Below, piece after piece: positions 49,198-62,105 of a stretch of DNA of 64,000 nt. The notes under the pieces were generated by a model. It was given only the letters and a program-made list of their open reading frames with translations. It did not search any database and was not told the DNA's origin. Within the stretch, counting starts at the first letter, position 1. Every line of letters starts with the position of its first letter. The position numbers were made by a program, and so were the translations under genes. This DNA is from Mobula hypostoma (lineage: Eukaryota), in assembly GCF_963921235.1 (NCBI RefSeq), contig NC_086110.1:40114001-40178000 (forward strand), in the 5' to 3' direction.

Positions 49198-52100
49198 GAT
49201 GACATTGTGGACTTTTAAACAGCATAATTTATTAAAGCTCAGATGCTTGTGAAATTTACATAAACATTAGTTCAGTTTCGGGAAACGCTTAAACAAAAAC
49301 AGAAAGTACTGGAGAAACTCAGCAAGTCAGGCAGCATCTGTGGAAAGAAACAGTCAACATTTCCAGACTGCCTCCTTTAACTTTCGATCTAGAGATTAAT
49401 GAGCAAAGTGCCAAGGCTCCGGAAGAAAATGTTTGGTAGATTCCTGTGGGGAAACAGAAAGAAATAAAAAGTGACTTTATTTTTGCTCTCCACAGGTTCT
49501 ACTTGATCTGCAAAATATTTTCAGAATTTTCAGATTCCCAGCATCCACAGTATCTTGTTTGTGTACTGAACCTTTTCATTATATCTACCTGACAAGCTAT
49601 ACTGTGAAAGTCAACTTTAATTAAATCTAATACCAACATTTTAAATGCTTTTTCTTGGTTTTCCCCGTTCTGTAATTGATAAGAGATTATGTTACAATAA
49701 CATTCACACAATTAAAATTTTTACCTTAGTTGTTTTTTTTTCCAGAAAATGCTTATAATAGTCCAGGAATACAATGCTTCTAAACCCGTGCATCAATTAA
49801 GTGCCTCTTATTCCAACAGGACTGTGTTAATTTCTACAAATTCAATGCTCAGATTCTCTTTCAATTACCAGATCAGCTCCAATAGACTCTTCTGTTCACA
49901 GAGAAATAATAATTAGAATTGTCTACTTTTTAGAAGGAAATTTGAATATAGTCCATCACTATGTGTACAACTTGTTATATGACATTTCAAGAAATATAAT
50001 ATACCTCAAGTTATTTTTAATTAAATTATGGTACCAACCAGTCCTACTACTTGGCATTGAATTCCACCATTGCTACTGATAAGGTTCTTAAAATTAATTA
50101 GGAATACTTCCTTCCTTCAGCAAACAAATTCAGTAAAGCATGCTTGCCAGCTATGCTGCAGGATATGATTTGAAATGGCAGAGGCTAGTAAAACTGCATT
50201 ATGAACATCCTCTGGTGAGCACAAATGGGAAAACACTAGGTTAAGCTCTGACAGTCAGTAGTGGATGGATTAGCTCTTCCTATAAATAAGCACTGATCAC
50301 CTCCATTTTATTGAACTCATTTTTCGCCATGCAAGGACCATAAGATGCTTCTCCTGCAAATTTTCCCCTACACTTTGGCAGCACTGATGGTGTCAGCCAT
50401 GGCAGATTTATTGCCCATTCATTCATGGGAACAAAAAACCCTGCCAGGGCTGGCTGCAGTACACGCAGTAGCAGTTAGTTCAAAAGATAACAGCTGCAAT
50501 ACCTCACTTTCCCATTCACCGTTTACTTTACACATCACCTTCAAGTAATAAATGTTTTGTGTCAGTTTCGGGTCCAATACCAGTGATATAGTAACAGCAA
50601 AAATGTTACAGCAAGTACACCAAGAAAGGGGTCAGTTATAAACCCAAAAGCATGCCTCTCAATCAATAAGTGTTTTTATTGTATTACTGACCTTGAAGCA
50701 GCACCCATAATAACAGCAGTGGTTTAATCTTTGGCTAACTTAAACCTGGTGTCAGTAAATGAGTCTAATAAACCCAGAATTTAGATCTGATGCTTCAATG
50801 CTGCTACTTCTGACCTAAGTATTAACTATTATAATGCTTGCAGTGAAACTTTATCTTTTGAGGACTAATCACCAAAATTATCTGATGTGGTTGCTACAAC
50901 TTCCAAATCCTATTTTAATTACGCACAGTTATGCAAACGTGCAATCAAAACCTTTTTATCATTGTTAAATTACCTACTCCCCGCTGCAAAAGCTCGTGAT
51001 TTCTTTCAAAGAATTACAATCATTTTATAAGTGTTCGCTTTTGCAATGCCACTTATGATGACAAATTCTGCCTGAACTTTCAGTCAATTAAACCTAGTTT
51101 TAACAAAAACACTTTTTATGTAATCTGCTGTCTCCACATTGCAATGTTTTAACTGTATCAAATTTCATAAAGTAGTTATCATTCTCTTGTTTTTATGTAC
51201 TTACTGAATATGAGTATGTGAAAGTGCGAAGATTTTTCTCTTCATTTTCAGCACACATTTACCACTAACTATATAGCATATATCATCAAATGTATTCACT
51301 AACAAACAAAAATGTAAATGTGAACATATTATCACTGAAAAATAGTGGTTGATACAATACTTTCAACTTCTCTACATGCACTGAGAAGGAACTTGATCAT
51401 ACATTCAACTGCATTGAGCTAATGTAGTTTGTTTCTGTGTCACTTCGCAACTACGAATTCTCTTTCCAGCTCACCCTATCAAAATCACACTTCTGGAAGA
51501 CTTAGCCACGGCCAAGCACTAAAACTGACAATTATTCTACAGTCATGTTCTGAAGAAATCCACTCTATTCTGAAGAAAATATATAATCTGAGAATTGATG
51601 ACTATAAGGAAATGCTTGGAAGGTCAATCAGAATGTATTGCTATTTACAAGTTGTGTAGATATTCCTGGCCTTATGGCAAAATTTGTTACGTCACATGTA
51701 TTTTTTCCCACGGCAAAATTTGTTATATCACGTATTTTTTCAACAAAAAAATTGCATGCATGTCATTTTGACAGATATTCACAATTCTTAAGACAGGACG
51801 GCAGTTTTTATTTTCTTTCTCTTTCAGGATATTTTCCTTAAAAACATCTTTAAGAAGAAAATCATAAATGAGCTTGTTCACATTGTGCCTCAGCTTTATG
51901 ATAGACAATGCACCAAAACGCAGGGCAGCGATAAAGAGCAGACATGATGTCAAGGAGCATGGTAGAGTCAAGTACCAGTCCTGCAGAAGGGACTCTACAG
52001 AGCCTGCAGGCCATATTTCCCAGCATTGTATTAGTAGTCAGCTCCAATTGCAAACTTTGCTTCTCACCACCATGCAGCATTGGGTGGTCAGTGCCCAAAC

Positions 52101-54892
52101 TTCCATTGCAACAAAAGCAGGAGTCACTCACTGCTAGTTTAAAATTATACCAGAAATGTGAAGTTGTGTGCATTGGAAAAGGATGGACAGAATGGACCTG
52201 CTTCATTTTGAGATGTGAAGGTTGAGGTATAAGTTCATAGAGATCTTTAAAACCAAGAAAGCTTTGATGGAGTCGCTGCAAATTTTTTTCAGGTGAGGAA
52301 GGACATAACTTGGGGCCATCATTGTCAGACAGTCACCTAGAAATCCAACAGGGAATTCAGAAGAAACTTCTTTACTAAGAGAGTATAGATAATCTGGAAA
52401 TGACTGTCCAGGAAATCAGAAGTGATGAGCTATATTTTAGGCTGGACAAGCCCATGAGAGAGAATGATGGAGAGCTATATGGATAGACTTAGATGAAGAA
52501 TCACTTGAGTATGCTCCAATGGGGCATAAATGCCAGCTTCAACTGGTTAGGTGACATGGCCTACATTCGTATCTTATGTAAACCTATGTAAACTTGTTCA
52601 TACAGTTTGCCATAGATGATTCATAAAGCCAACAGAATTACATTCTATTAATGTCATTGAATGTACAATTTGCATCATTTCACTTTCCTTGACATTTTTT
52701 AACACTTGATGCAAAGCTAGACGAAGAAAATATCAGGAGTTTATAAACTGTTCTTAACATGAATATTTTATGTATGAAAGAGAATTTAAATCTAATTACA
52801 CTACAATAAAAGAGTATGTATTTTATTAACCTCAATATAAATGGTATAAGCATTAAGATAAAGTGTCTTTAAATATGACTTTTTAACCATTTATTTCTGA
52901 AACTGTGTACAGCTGCATTCCTATATGCATACATATTGTTTATTCCCATTACACTCTAATCTGCATTACCCATTTCACTGCCCTGCACTTTTGCCTTGTC
53001 TTTTCTAATTAATTTTTCAAATTTCCCCTCACCTGAACCCCGCCCATAATATTTAGTCAAAGCTTTATTTATAGTCCCAGTTATTTGATTTGCTAAAACA
53101 TTGTTTCCAACTCCATTCATAGAACAGCTTCCACTTTGGCCAGGACTGAAACCCATTTCACCCACACTGATCACTGAGTTATGTGGTCAACAACATTAAC
53201 GACATTAATCTTAATCTCTCCCTGCTTTTTATTTTTGAACTCTCTTCCCTTGTAAAGTTTATTTCCTAGAAAGTAATCTGACTTGACGGTAACCTTGTTA
53301 ATAACCTTTTTGATCTGGATGGCAATTGATACCAGCAGCTTTTAAGATGCGGGGGTGTACATACAATACGCAATAATACTTTTTTTTCTTTTTCCTTGTT
53401 TTGAACCTTTTGGTTTCTGCTACTTTTGGTGTTTCTGATTAATTCAACTCAAGGTATAGATTGAAGCTGGTAGACCAGGATTCTACTTTTACAATAGATT
53501 TGATCGGTATAGAATACAGGTTTGTCAATTGTTAAAAGAGATAAGCTGAACAGCAATCCAGCAAACCAGAGAAATTGTAACCAGCACAGTGTAAACTATT
53601 TAGAGAAAAAGTTTAGACTGATGATAAGCCCAAGAACAGTAGATGGAGCCAAAGGGGTCTGTAGACCACACATAAATGTACACATAAAACATCATTGTGC
53701 TCTCTCTGCAGTATTGCCAGTGAATGAAATGTTTGCGCTCCTAATACCTGACTGGATTTTCACTCCATACAAAAATAACTGTAAATAATATCCAAGTAGA
53801 AATGAAGACAATCTGCAGTTGAAGCACATTATCCAAACTGTTGGTTTTCAACTAGGATTAGTACTTGAGGCCAATGATAACGTATCTCATTCTCACCTAA
53901 TCCTATCTTGTGTGTTAGCATTGTTATTCAGTGTACACAATTGCTTTTGATAAGTTAAACCAGTGAGTTGATGACGTACACAGATGTGGTGCATGCAAAC
54001 ATTGAAAATATATTTGATAAAGCACCATATAATAAATGAGTAAGTGAAATTAAAACCTGTGAGATTAAAGGTGCAGTGGCTATGCAGGAATGAAGGAAAT
54101 GAAAGTAGAATTATGGTGAATGGTTGCTTTTCTAAGTTGAGGAAACTAATTTATGATGTGCTTTAGTGTCAGACCACTGCACACCTTCATATATATTAAT
54201 AACTTTGACCATGGAATACTGGGTATAATCTCAATGTTCTCAGGTGACATGAGATTTGGAAGTAAACCAAACATCACAAAGAATACTAACAAATTTCAGA
54301 AAATGCAGATAAACTGACAAAATGGTAGATATAGTATACTGCAGACAATATAAAGAAAAAGGAGAGAATGTCAAAGTGAATTATTTCAAAAGAGGAGCAG
54401 GAACAGAAATTAAACTTTGATAATAGAGATACGGGCCCAGAAATTCTACTGCACGATGCAACAGAATTGAGGGTGGAGTTTTTATCTCTAAAACCTAAGA
54501 ATGCTAAAGATTCACATCTATGCTCAGCCAGAAGTGTTCGGCGAATGATTTATCTCCACTTTCTCCCAAGGTTCTCATATTCAGTCTCAACCAATCTAAT
54601 TCACTCCATAAATCATCAAGAGCATTAGATACAGTATTGGCCAAGTGGCCAGAGAGCAGCCAGGCTGTATTACTGAAGACGTCTCCCAAACAAGCTGTGC
54701 CTCTTACAAAGCTGATCCACCATAACTATCGCAGGCGTCAACCCACTAATGTGGAAAATTGAAAGGCTATGTTCTTTCACAAAAAGCTCTGATATCTAGC
54801 TAATTGCCATGAAATTGGACGATTCTCCTCGGCAAATGAAGTAATCTATCTCTGCATCAGCAGGACCTGGACAATATTTAGCATGGGTTGTT

Positions 54893-55928
54893 TAATACCT
54901 TTTATGCTCACTTTGACCATCAAAACATGGAGGCAACCTCATGAACTCCCATAGTCCCCAATGACCCTGTGATTTCAGTTGCTGAAACTGACTTGAAAGC
55001 ATCCTTCAGGAGGGTGAACCCACAGAAAGCACCCAGCCAAAATGGGGTACCTGGCCATGTACTGAAGACCTGCGCCAATCAACTGCCTGGAGTATTCACC
55101 AATATCTTTAACCTCTCACTTCAGCAGTCTGAGGTACCCATCTGCTTCAAGCAGACTTCAATTATACTGGTGCCTAAGAAGAACACAGTAATCTCCCTCA
55201 ATGACTATTGTCCAGAAGCATTCACATCCACTGCGATGAAGTGCTTTGAGAGGTTGGTGATGAAACACATCAACTGCTGCCTGAGGAGCGAATTGGATCC
55301 ACTCCAGTTTGCCTACCATCGCAACAGTTCAACAGGAGATGCCATTTCATTGGCTCTTCATTCTAGCCTGGAACAACTAGACAGCAAAGATGCATATGTC
55401 AGTGTGCTCTTTATTGACGACAACATGGCATTCAATACTATCGTCCCCTCAAACCTGATTAACAAGCTTTAAGACCTTGGCCTCAATATCTCCTTGTGCT
55501 ACTGGATTCTCAATTTCCTCTCTTGCAGACCCCAGTCAGTTCGGATTGGCAACAACATTTTCTCTACAATATCCATCAGCATGGCTGTGTGCTTTGCCTC
55601 CTGCTCTGCTCACTTTATACTTATGACTGTGAGGCTAAGCACAGCTCCAATGTCATATTTAAGTGTGCTGACAACACCACTGCCGTAGGCCAAATCGATG
55701 GTGGTGGCGGATCAGCATATAGGAGGGAGATTGGGGAACTAGCTGGGTGTTGTCACAGCAGCAGCCTCTCACTCAGTGTCAACAAGATCAAGGAGTTGAT
55801 TATTGACTTCAGGAGGAGGAAACCAGAGGTCCATGAGCCGGTAGTCATCAGGGGATCAGAGCTGGAGAGGGTCAGCAACTTTAAATTCCTTGGTGCTTCC
55901 TTTCAGAGGATCTGTCCTGAGCCCAGCT
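54893..55928 (+). mobile_element. Rex1/Babar LINE RT region
   Basis: ORFs 54969-55472 and 55496-55930 contain MKCFERLV, LDPLQFAY and LYTYDC...ADNTTAVG. Confidence 0.9.
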
Positions 55929-56379
55929 AGGGTATTTTACTGTAGTTTTTTTTTTGCATTTTCCATAATTAAATACCATATTATATAATACTTTTGTAGT
56001 TTATAAAAATACTTAATGTCATATTGTTTCTCATACTTTATATTACAGCAGTTGTAATAGTTTGATAAACTTCTAAGAGTTCACTGGATTGTGCTGCTAT
56101 GAATCCTCCCTAGTTTAATTTACCTGGATGGGGTCATGCTGAGCATAGAATTAAGTTTCAAAGAGGACCACCTACTTAAACTCCCTGCACTGTGTTTCTT
56201 TAACTCACTGTTTTTTTAAGCATGGCACAATTTCAAGACCACAGACAATTAAAGTAATGCAGTTTTTCTATATGTTTGAAAGGCACTGATTAGGTCTCAG
56301 CTGATCTGCTGAGTTCAATTCCGAGCACTACATACTGCAAAGTATTTTCCTTTACACAGCATCTCTCATTATCTTGCAT

Positions 56380-56590
56380 GGTCGCAATGTGTTTTACAGC
56401 TAATGAAATACTTCTTAAGAGAGGTCACTGTCATAAGACAGGAAATGCAGCAGCCATTTGGTGTATTGCCAGCTCCCACAAAAGGCAACGCTATAATGAT
56501 CAAATCATCTGTTATCTTTGTGATGTTGATTGATTGACAAATAATGATCAGAACACTGTGGATAACTTCACTGCTCCTAAATTCAATAAA
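56380..56590 (-). mobile_element. DeuSINE-like 3' fragment
   Basis: tttacagctaatgaaatactt...ggaaatgcagcagccattt...gctcccacaaa parallels 24840-24990. Confidence 0.5.
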
Positions 56591-57299
56591 CCTCAAAGAT
56601 GGAAATTAGGTCTATAAAGCAGGATTAACTCGATTCAGTTGATTGCATTTCAGGAATACGTCAAGTCTGCTGCTTGCTCACTGGAATGATTTCAGCACCC
56701 AGCCACCATTTACAGTATTGCTGACTTGCTAGATGTGATAGCAGAGGGCCAACATCTTCTGCAGTTGGTGCACTTAAAGACTCTGATAAAAGCTAGTTTG
56801 CACGTCTTTAAAAAAAAGAGGTGTGCTGTGGCTGAGGCAGACACTGATCGTTCCACGAATATTACAATGTGTGAGAGACTGGCAATGAAGCTTCTTGCAC
56901 ATTGCATCATGGCAATGGAGGAGGTGTAGAGATATCCTGAACCTGCCGATGGGGCAGGATGTCATCCAGGCATAATCTGAAGGTAGTGGGAGCAGGTGCT
57001 CAGTGTCAGGGATGAAGTTACAAAGAACCTGGCTGCAGTGTGGCAGACAAGTAATCCCCCATGAGCAGCCACGATCACTGGAAGCATCTCAATAAGCCAA
57101 ATCCCATGAAATATGTCTCAAAATGGACAATTACATGCACCACTGCATCCTTATATAATTAACACTTATGCAAGCCTCACACCATCATTTCATTGCATTG
57201 CTTACACACACTGCAAGCTACTTAAGCACAAAGGCATTTAACAAAACAGACTGCACGGCACTCACCGGTACAATTCCCTCACCTTTGCAAGGAACGTGA

Positions 57300-58930
57300 T
57301 TCACTTCACATCTGAATGAATACACCACAGTTGTCACCGACTTCATCAAACCCTGTGTGGGTGAGTCTGTGCCTTCAAGAACATCCCAGACATACGCAAG
57401 TGAAAAGCTGTGGATAAACCAGGAGATTCGTGGGCTGCTGAAGGCTAGATCTGTGGCATTCAAGACTGGTGATCCAGAAATATACAAGAAGTCCAGCTAC
57501 AACCTATAGAAGGCTACTTTAAGTGTGAAAAAACAATTCCAATTGATGCTAGAGACGGAATCAGATGTACATCAGCTCTGGCAGAGTTTGCAGGCCATTA
57601 TTTCCTACCAAGTTAAAGTTAACATCATGAATCCCAGTGATGCTTCTTTCCCAGATGAGATCAATGCCTTTTGTGCACATTTTGAAAGGGAAAATAAAAC
57701 CAAGCCTGTGCAAATCCCTGCAGCACCTGGTGACCCCATGATCTCTGTCTCATAGGCTGATGTCAGAGCATCTCTCAAGAGGGTAAGCCCTCGTAGGGTG
57801 TCAGACCCTTATTGACAACAGCTCAGCATTCACCTCCACATACCCACAATACCAATCAACAAGTTCTAAAACATGGGCTTCTGTTCCTCCCTCTGCAACT
57901 GGATCCTTGCCTTCCTCATCAGGAGACCATAGTCAGTGCAGATCAGAATAGCATCTCCTCCTCGCTGGCAATCAACACCAGCACACATATAGGATGTGTG
58001 CATAGACCACTGCTCTCATCTCCCTACACCCACGACTGTGTGGCTGGGCACAGCTCAAACACCATCAATAGATCTGCAGATGATACAACTATTGTTGGCA
58101 GAATTTTAGATGGTGATGTGGAGGTATACATGGGTGAAATAGACTAGCTGTTTAAGTGGTATCATAATAGCAACCTTGCACGCAACATCAGTAAGACCAA
58201 GGAATGGATGGCAGACTTCAGGAAGGGGAAGTTGAGGGAACACACACCAACCCTCATCAAGGGTTCAGTGTTGAAAGGCTGGGCAGTTTCAACTTCCTGG
58301 GTGCTAACAACTCTGAAGATCCACCCTGAACTCAACATATTGATGCAATTACAAAGAAAGCAGGACAGCAGCTATATTTCATCAGGCGTTTGAGGAGAAT
58401 TGGTATGGAACCAAATACTCTTTGCAAATTTCCACAGATGTACCGTAGAGAACCTTCTAACTGGTTGCCTCCTTGTCAGGTATGGAGGGGGCACTACACA
58501 GGACCAGAAGAATGTTGCAAACTCAGCCAGCTGCATCATGGGCACTAAGCTCCCCACCATAGAGGACATCCTCAAAAGGCAATGCCTCAAAAAGGCGGCA
58601 TCCATTAGTTAAGGACCCAGGACATGCCCTATTAATTACTACTATCAAGAGGAGGTACAGGAGCCTGAAAACACACACTCAACATTTTGCAAATGGCTTC
58701 CGCCCCTCCCCCCCTCCCGCCACCGTTATCAGATTTTTGAGTGGACAATGAAACCATGAACATCACCTCACTATTTTTTCTTTTCTTTTGCTCTCTTTTT
58801 GCACTGCTTATTTAATTTAATGTACACGTATTATAATTGATAGTTTATTTATCATGTATTACAATACACCACTGCCACAAAACAACATATTTCATGACAT
58901 ATGCCAGTGACATTTAAATTCTAATACTCA
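57300..58930 (+). mobile_element. Rex1/Babar LINE with internal deletion
   Basis: KLWINQEIRGLLKAR, PDEINAFCAHFE and YTHDC..SADDTTIVG. The RT N-terminal half is missing at about 57810. Confidence 0.85.
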
Positions 58931-58934
58931 TTAT

Positions 58935-59750
58935 CGCCCAGTTGCACTCACATCCACAGTGGTGAAATGCTTTGAGGGCACAAACAAGAGAAAATCTGCA
59001 GATGCTGGAAATCCGTGCAACACTCACAAAATGCTGGATGAACACAGCAGGCCAGGCAGCACCTATGGAAAAGAGTACAACCGATGTTTCGGACCGAAAC
59101 CCTTCAGCAGGATTTTGGCCCGAAACGTCAACTGTACTCTTTTCCATAGATGCTGCCTGGCCTGCTGAGTTCCTCCAGTATTTTGTGTGAAGTGCTTTGA
59201 AGGATTGGCCATGGCCAGAATCAACTCCTGCCTAAGCAAGAGCCTGGACCTTCTGCAATTTGACTTTCGCCACAATAGGTGCACAGCAGATGCAATCTCA
59301 GTAGCTCTCCACTTGCCCTTAGATCACTTGGATAATAGCAATACCTACTTCAGGGTGCTGTTTATTGATTATAGCTCAGTCTTCAACACCTTCATGCCCT
59401 CAGTACTTATTAACAAGCTCCAAAACCTGGCCCTCTGTACCTCCCTCTACAACTGGATTCCCAACTTCCTCATCGGGTGACCACAGTCAGTGTGGATCAG
59501 AAATAACATCTCCTCCTCATTGACAATCAACACCAGCACACCTCAAGGATCTCTACTCAGCTCACTGCTCTACTCTCCCTAAACCTATGACTGTGTGGCT
59601 AGATACAGCTCAAACACCGTTCATAAATTTGCCGATGACATTAGTGATGATCTCATTACTACCGTCAAGGAGGAGGTATAGGAGCTTGAAGACATACACT
59701 CAGTGTTTCAGGAACAGCTTCTTCCCTCTGCCGTCAGATTTCTGATAGAC
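58935..59750 (+). mobile_element. Rex1/Babar RT fragment, interrupted
   Basis: PVALTSTVVKCFE | KCFEGL...LFIDYSSVFNT...KFADD. Confidence 0.82.
58979..59186. mobile_element. Palindromic Penelope-derived element with hammerhead-like centre
   Basis: Inverted arms around 59100. 17-bp TSD gtgaaatgctttgaggg (58962-58978) / gtgaagtgctttgaagg (59187-59203). Confidence 0.85.
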
Positions 59751-60418
59751 AACAAATATTAACTCAATATTTTTAAATTTTTTTTATTTTATAATTTATA
59801 GATCTTAGCACCTTGTCCTAGTCTGTGTGCCCTCACCTAGTCTTCTATGATGACAGGGGAAGGGTGATGGTGGAGTTATAAGGACAGGATTTTGAAGGAC
59901 CAAAGGAAGCATGCTGGAGGTCTTGAAACCCTTCTGTGCAATTTAACTTCAGTTAATTAAATATGGAATTTTATATAAAAATGTTTGTTGCCTAACACTA
60001 GTGTATTTTTTAAAAAGACCGACTGTTCTTCAAGGGAAGAAATCTGACATCCTTATCAATCACCGTCTGCATGGGATTAAAGACCTACATCAATATGGTT
60101 AGCCCTTGTTTTAAACCTATATCGTTAAAACATAATGGGAATAAAATCAAATCAGCTACTTGTCATCACTCTTGATGTCAAATCCAGCATAACAAAGACT
60201 GTACCTATCCCAGTCAGCCTTGTAAAATCACAACTGTTTGGTGATTGATGTCCAAACTGGAAGAACTGCCCCACACAGTAGTAAACCGAGAAAATCATAC
60301 TTTGCAGACACTGCTCCATCCAATCCCTGACTATGTCCAGTCCCAAAGGTATTAGATGATATGTAATTACAAGGGAGTTGATCTTGCAGAAGCGTTGAGT
60401 TTATGGCATTAACTCCGC

Positions 60419-60579
60419 ACTACAGTTCCTGAGGATAAGTTGGATTGCGAGCGGGTGAAGTTGAGACATTCTGCACACTATAGTTCCCAAACAGACGAGA
60501 GACAGATTGCATAGCAAGAGAGGGAGTTCAAAAAAGACGAGTGGGGACAGTCAGGCCATACTACGTACCACATTTCCCA
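60419..60579 (+). promoter_or_regulatory. Cluster of three ZNF143/Staf-like motifs
   Basis: actacagttcctga (60419), actatagttccca (60477) and accacatttccca (60567), all in the same orientation, versus the consensus ACTACAnTTCCCA. Confidence 0.4.
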
Positions 60580-60727
60580 ATTAGACATTGGGCTGTGCAT
60601 AATTAGGCACTTGGCAAGGGCCAATAAAAAGAAGTTAGGTTTAAGCAGAGCAGGATTGTGTGAGTGGGCCAGTGTTAGACAGGAGTCAGGTTTTGGTTCA
60701 TAGGGGCTTCGGCAAGGAGAGGCGGGG

Positions 60728-61129
60728 TGGCATGAGCCTGTGGGTTCTGGGCTGAGCCATAGAGCGTTGGGCTCCTTAGTTTCTGTGGTGAGCCGTAGAG
60801 CATTGGGCTCCTAGGTTTCTCAAGCACTTGTATTTGCTTCTTATTGTCTTATCTAGAGTCATTAAGCCCTTGTGCTTTCTGTTTAATCTTGTCGAGTTTA
60901 TTTTGACTGGCACAGGTTTTCTGCATATTGTGATTATTTAAAGTGGACTCCCAATTTGTGCTCATCGCGGGGTCCTTGTGTTGAGAATGATTCACCTTGC
61001 AGTGTCACTCAGTTGTGCCACCGACGTTCTGCTAAAATTCCTATGAATGAACGCTTGCTTCCATCTCTACACGGGACTCTGTCATTCCTCCACACCCGGG
61101 TTCAGTCGTTGCCAGTGCTCACTGTGACA
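60728..61129 (+). mobile_element. Possible solo LTR
   Basis: Begins tggca, ends tgtgaca, contains tatttaaag, and interrupts the CR1 5' UTR. No TSD found. Confidence 0.45.
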
Positions 61130-61539
61130 TGAAGGTTATAGGTAGATTTTTTTCATTTAATTAACGTGAGTTCAGGGAGTTAGGTGCTAAGTTAAAGGAC
61201 AGGACCTTCAGGGTTGTGACCTTAAGATTACTACCTGAGCCACATGCTAGTGAGGCCAGAAATAGGAAGATCATACAGTTTAATACTTGGCTAAGGAGAT
61301 GTACAGGAGTGAGGGCTCTCATTGGGCTCTCTTCCAGGGAACGTGGACCTGTACAGAAGGGACAGTTTGCACCTAAAGCAGAGGTGAACCAATATCCTTG
61401 AGGGAAGGTTTACTAGTTCTGCACGGTGAGTCGGGGGGGAGGGGGGGAGATTAAACAAGAGTCAAGCGTTCCAGGGGAATGGGAACCAGAGTGCTAGAGC
61501 AGATAGTGGAGGGGTTGTGAGGAAGGATTCCTTAAGGCT

Positions 61540-62105
61540 GTCGTAGAGGGAGGGGGAGTAGTGGGGATAAGGTCCCACTATCTATTAGATGCTTCCACTG
61601 GTGTGCACCTCAAATAGCCTCTGCCAACCAAATGCAGCTCCTGACCTTCATGTGTGGCTTAGCTGCTAAGCCTGGCAGAACTGTTCTGCTGACATAAGAA
61701 GGGGCAAAGTGGGGTTACTACCACCTGAAAACCAGCCACTTGGGGCAGATGGGGCTCATCAGCCGTGGTTAGCAGCTCACTTAGGAGAAGGAAAACTCTG
61801 ATCTCAAACCTCCACTGCCTTGCGGCTGTACCCACTCATGGGGAAGGCTTCGGGAGTTAACCTTGAGGAAGACGATCCTACATTGAGTTCAACACTGACT
61901 GGCAATGCTTGTGACACTGCTGTTGCCAAACTGTATTGGTCTATTCTGTTTCATTGAACTTGTCAGCTACATGGAGCGGGGGAGCCTACTGCATGGAAAA
62001 TTTATCTTTCTTTCCATATCATACTGCCCTGTCTTGTGTATCGACTTCAATGTAGACTGCTAGGATGCAATGTCAGTGGTTAAACCTGATGAATGGAGGG
62101 CCATA
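61540..62105 (+). mobile_element. RTE-like non-autonomous element / 5' UTR fragment
   Basis: taggagaaggaaaactctgatctcaaacctccactgccttgcggc resembles RTE-clade 5' UTRs. Interrupts the CR1 inter-ORF region. Confidence 0.55.

Noticed and set aside
49470-49560. Strong splice acceptor ttttgctctccacag
   Set aside because: Part of a decayed Penelope terminal repeat.
51675-51745. Short tandem duplication ggcaaaatttgtta...gtattttttc
   Set aside because: Two imperfect copies only; ordinary local duplication.
54430-54770. Possible Harbinger-type MITE (gggcccagaaattc ... ggaaaattg)
   Set aside because: Terminal repeats too degenerate and no TSD.
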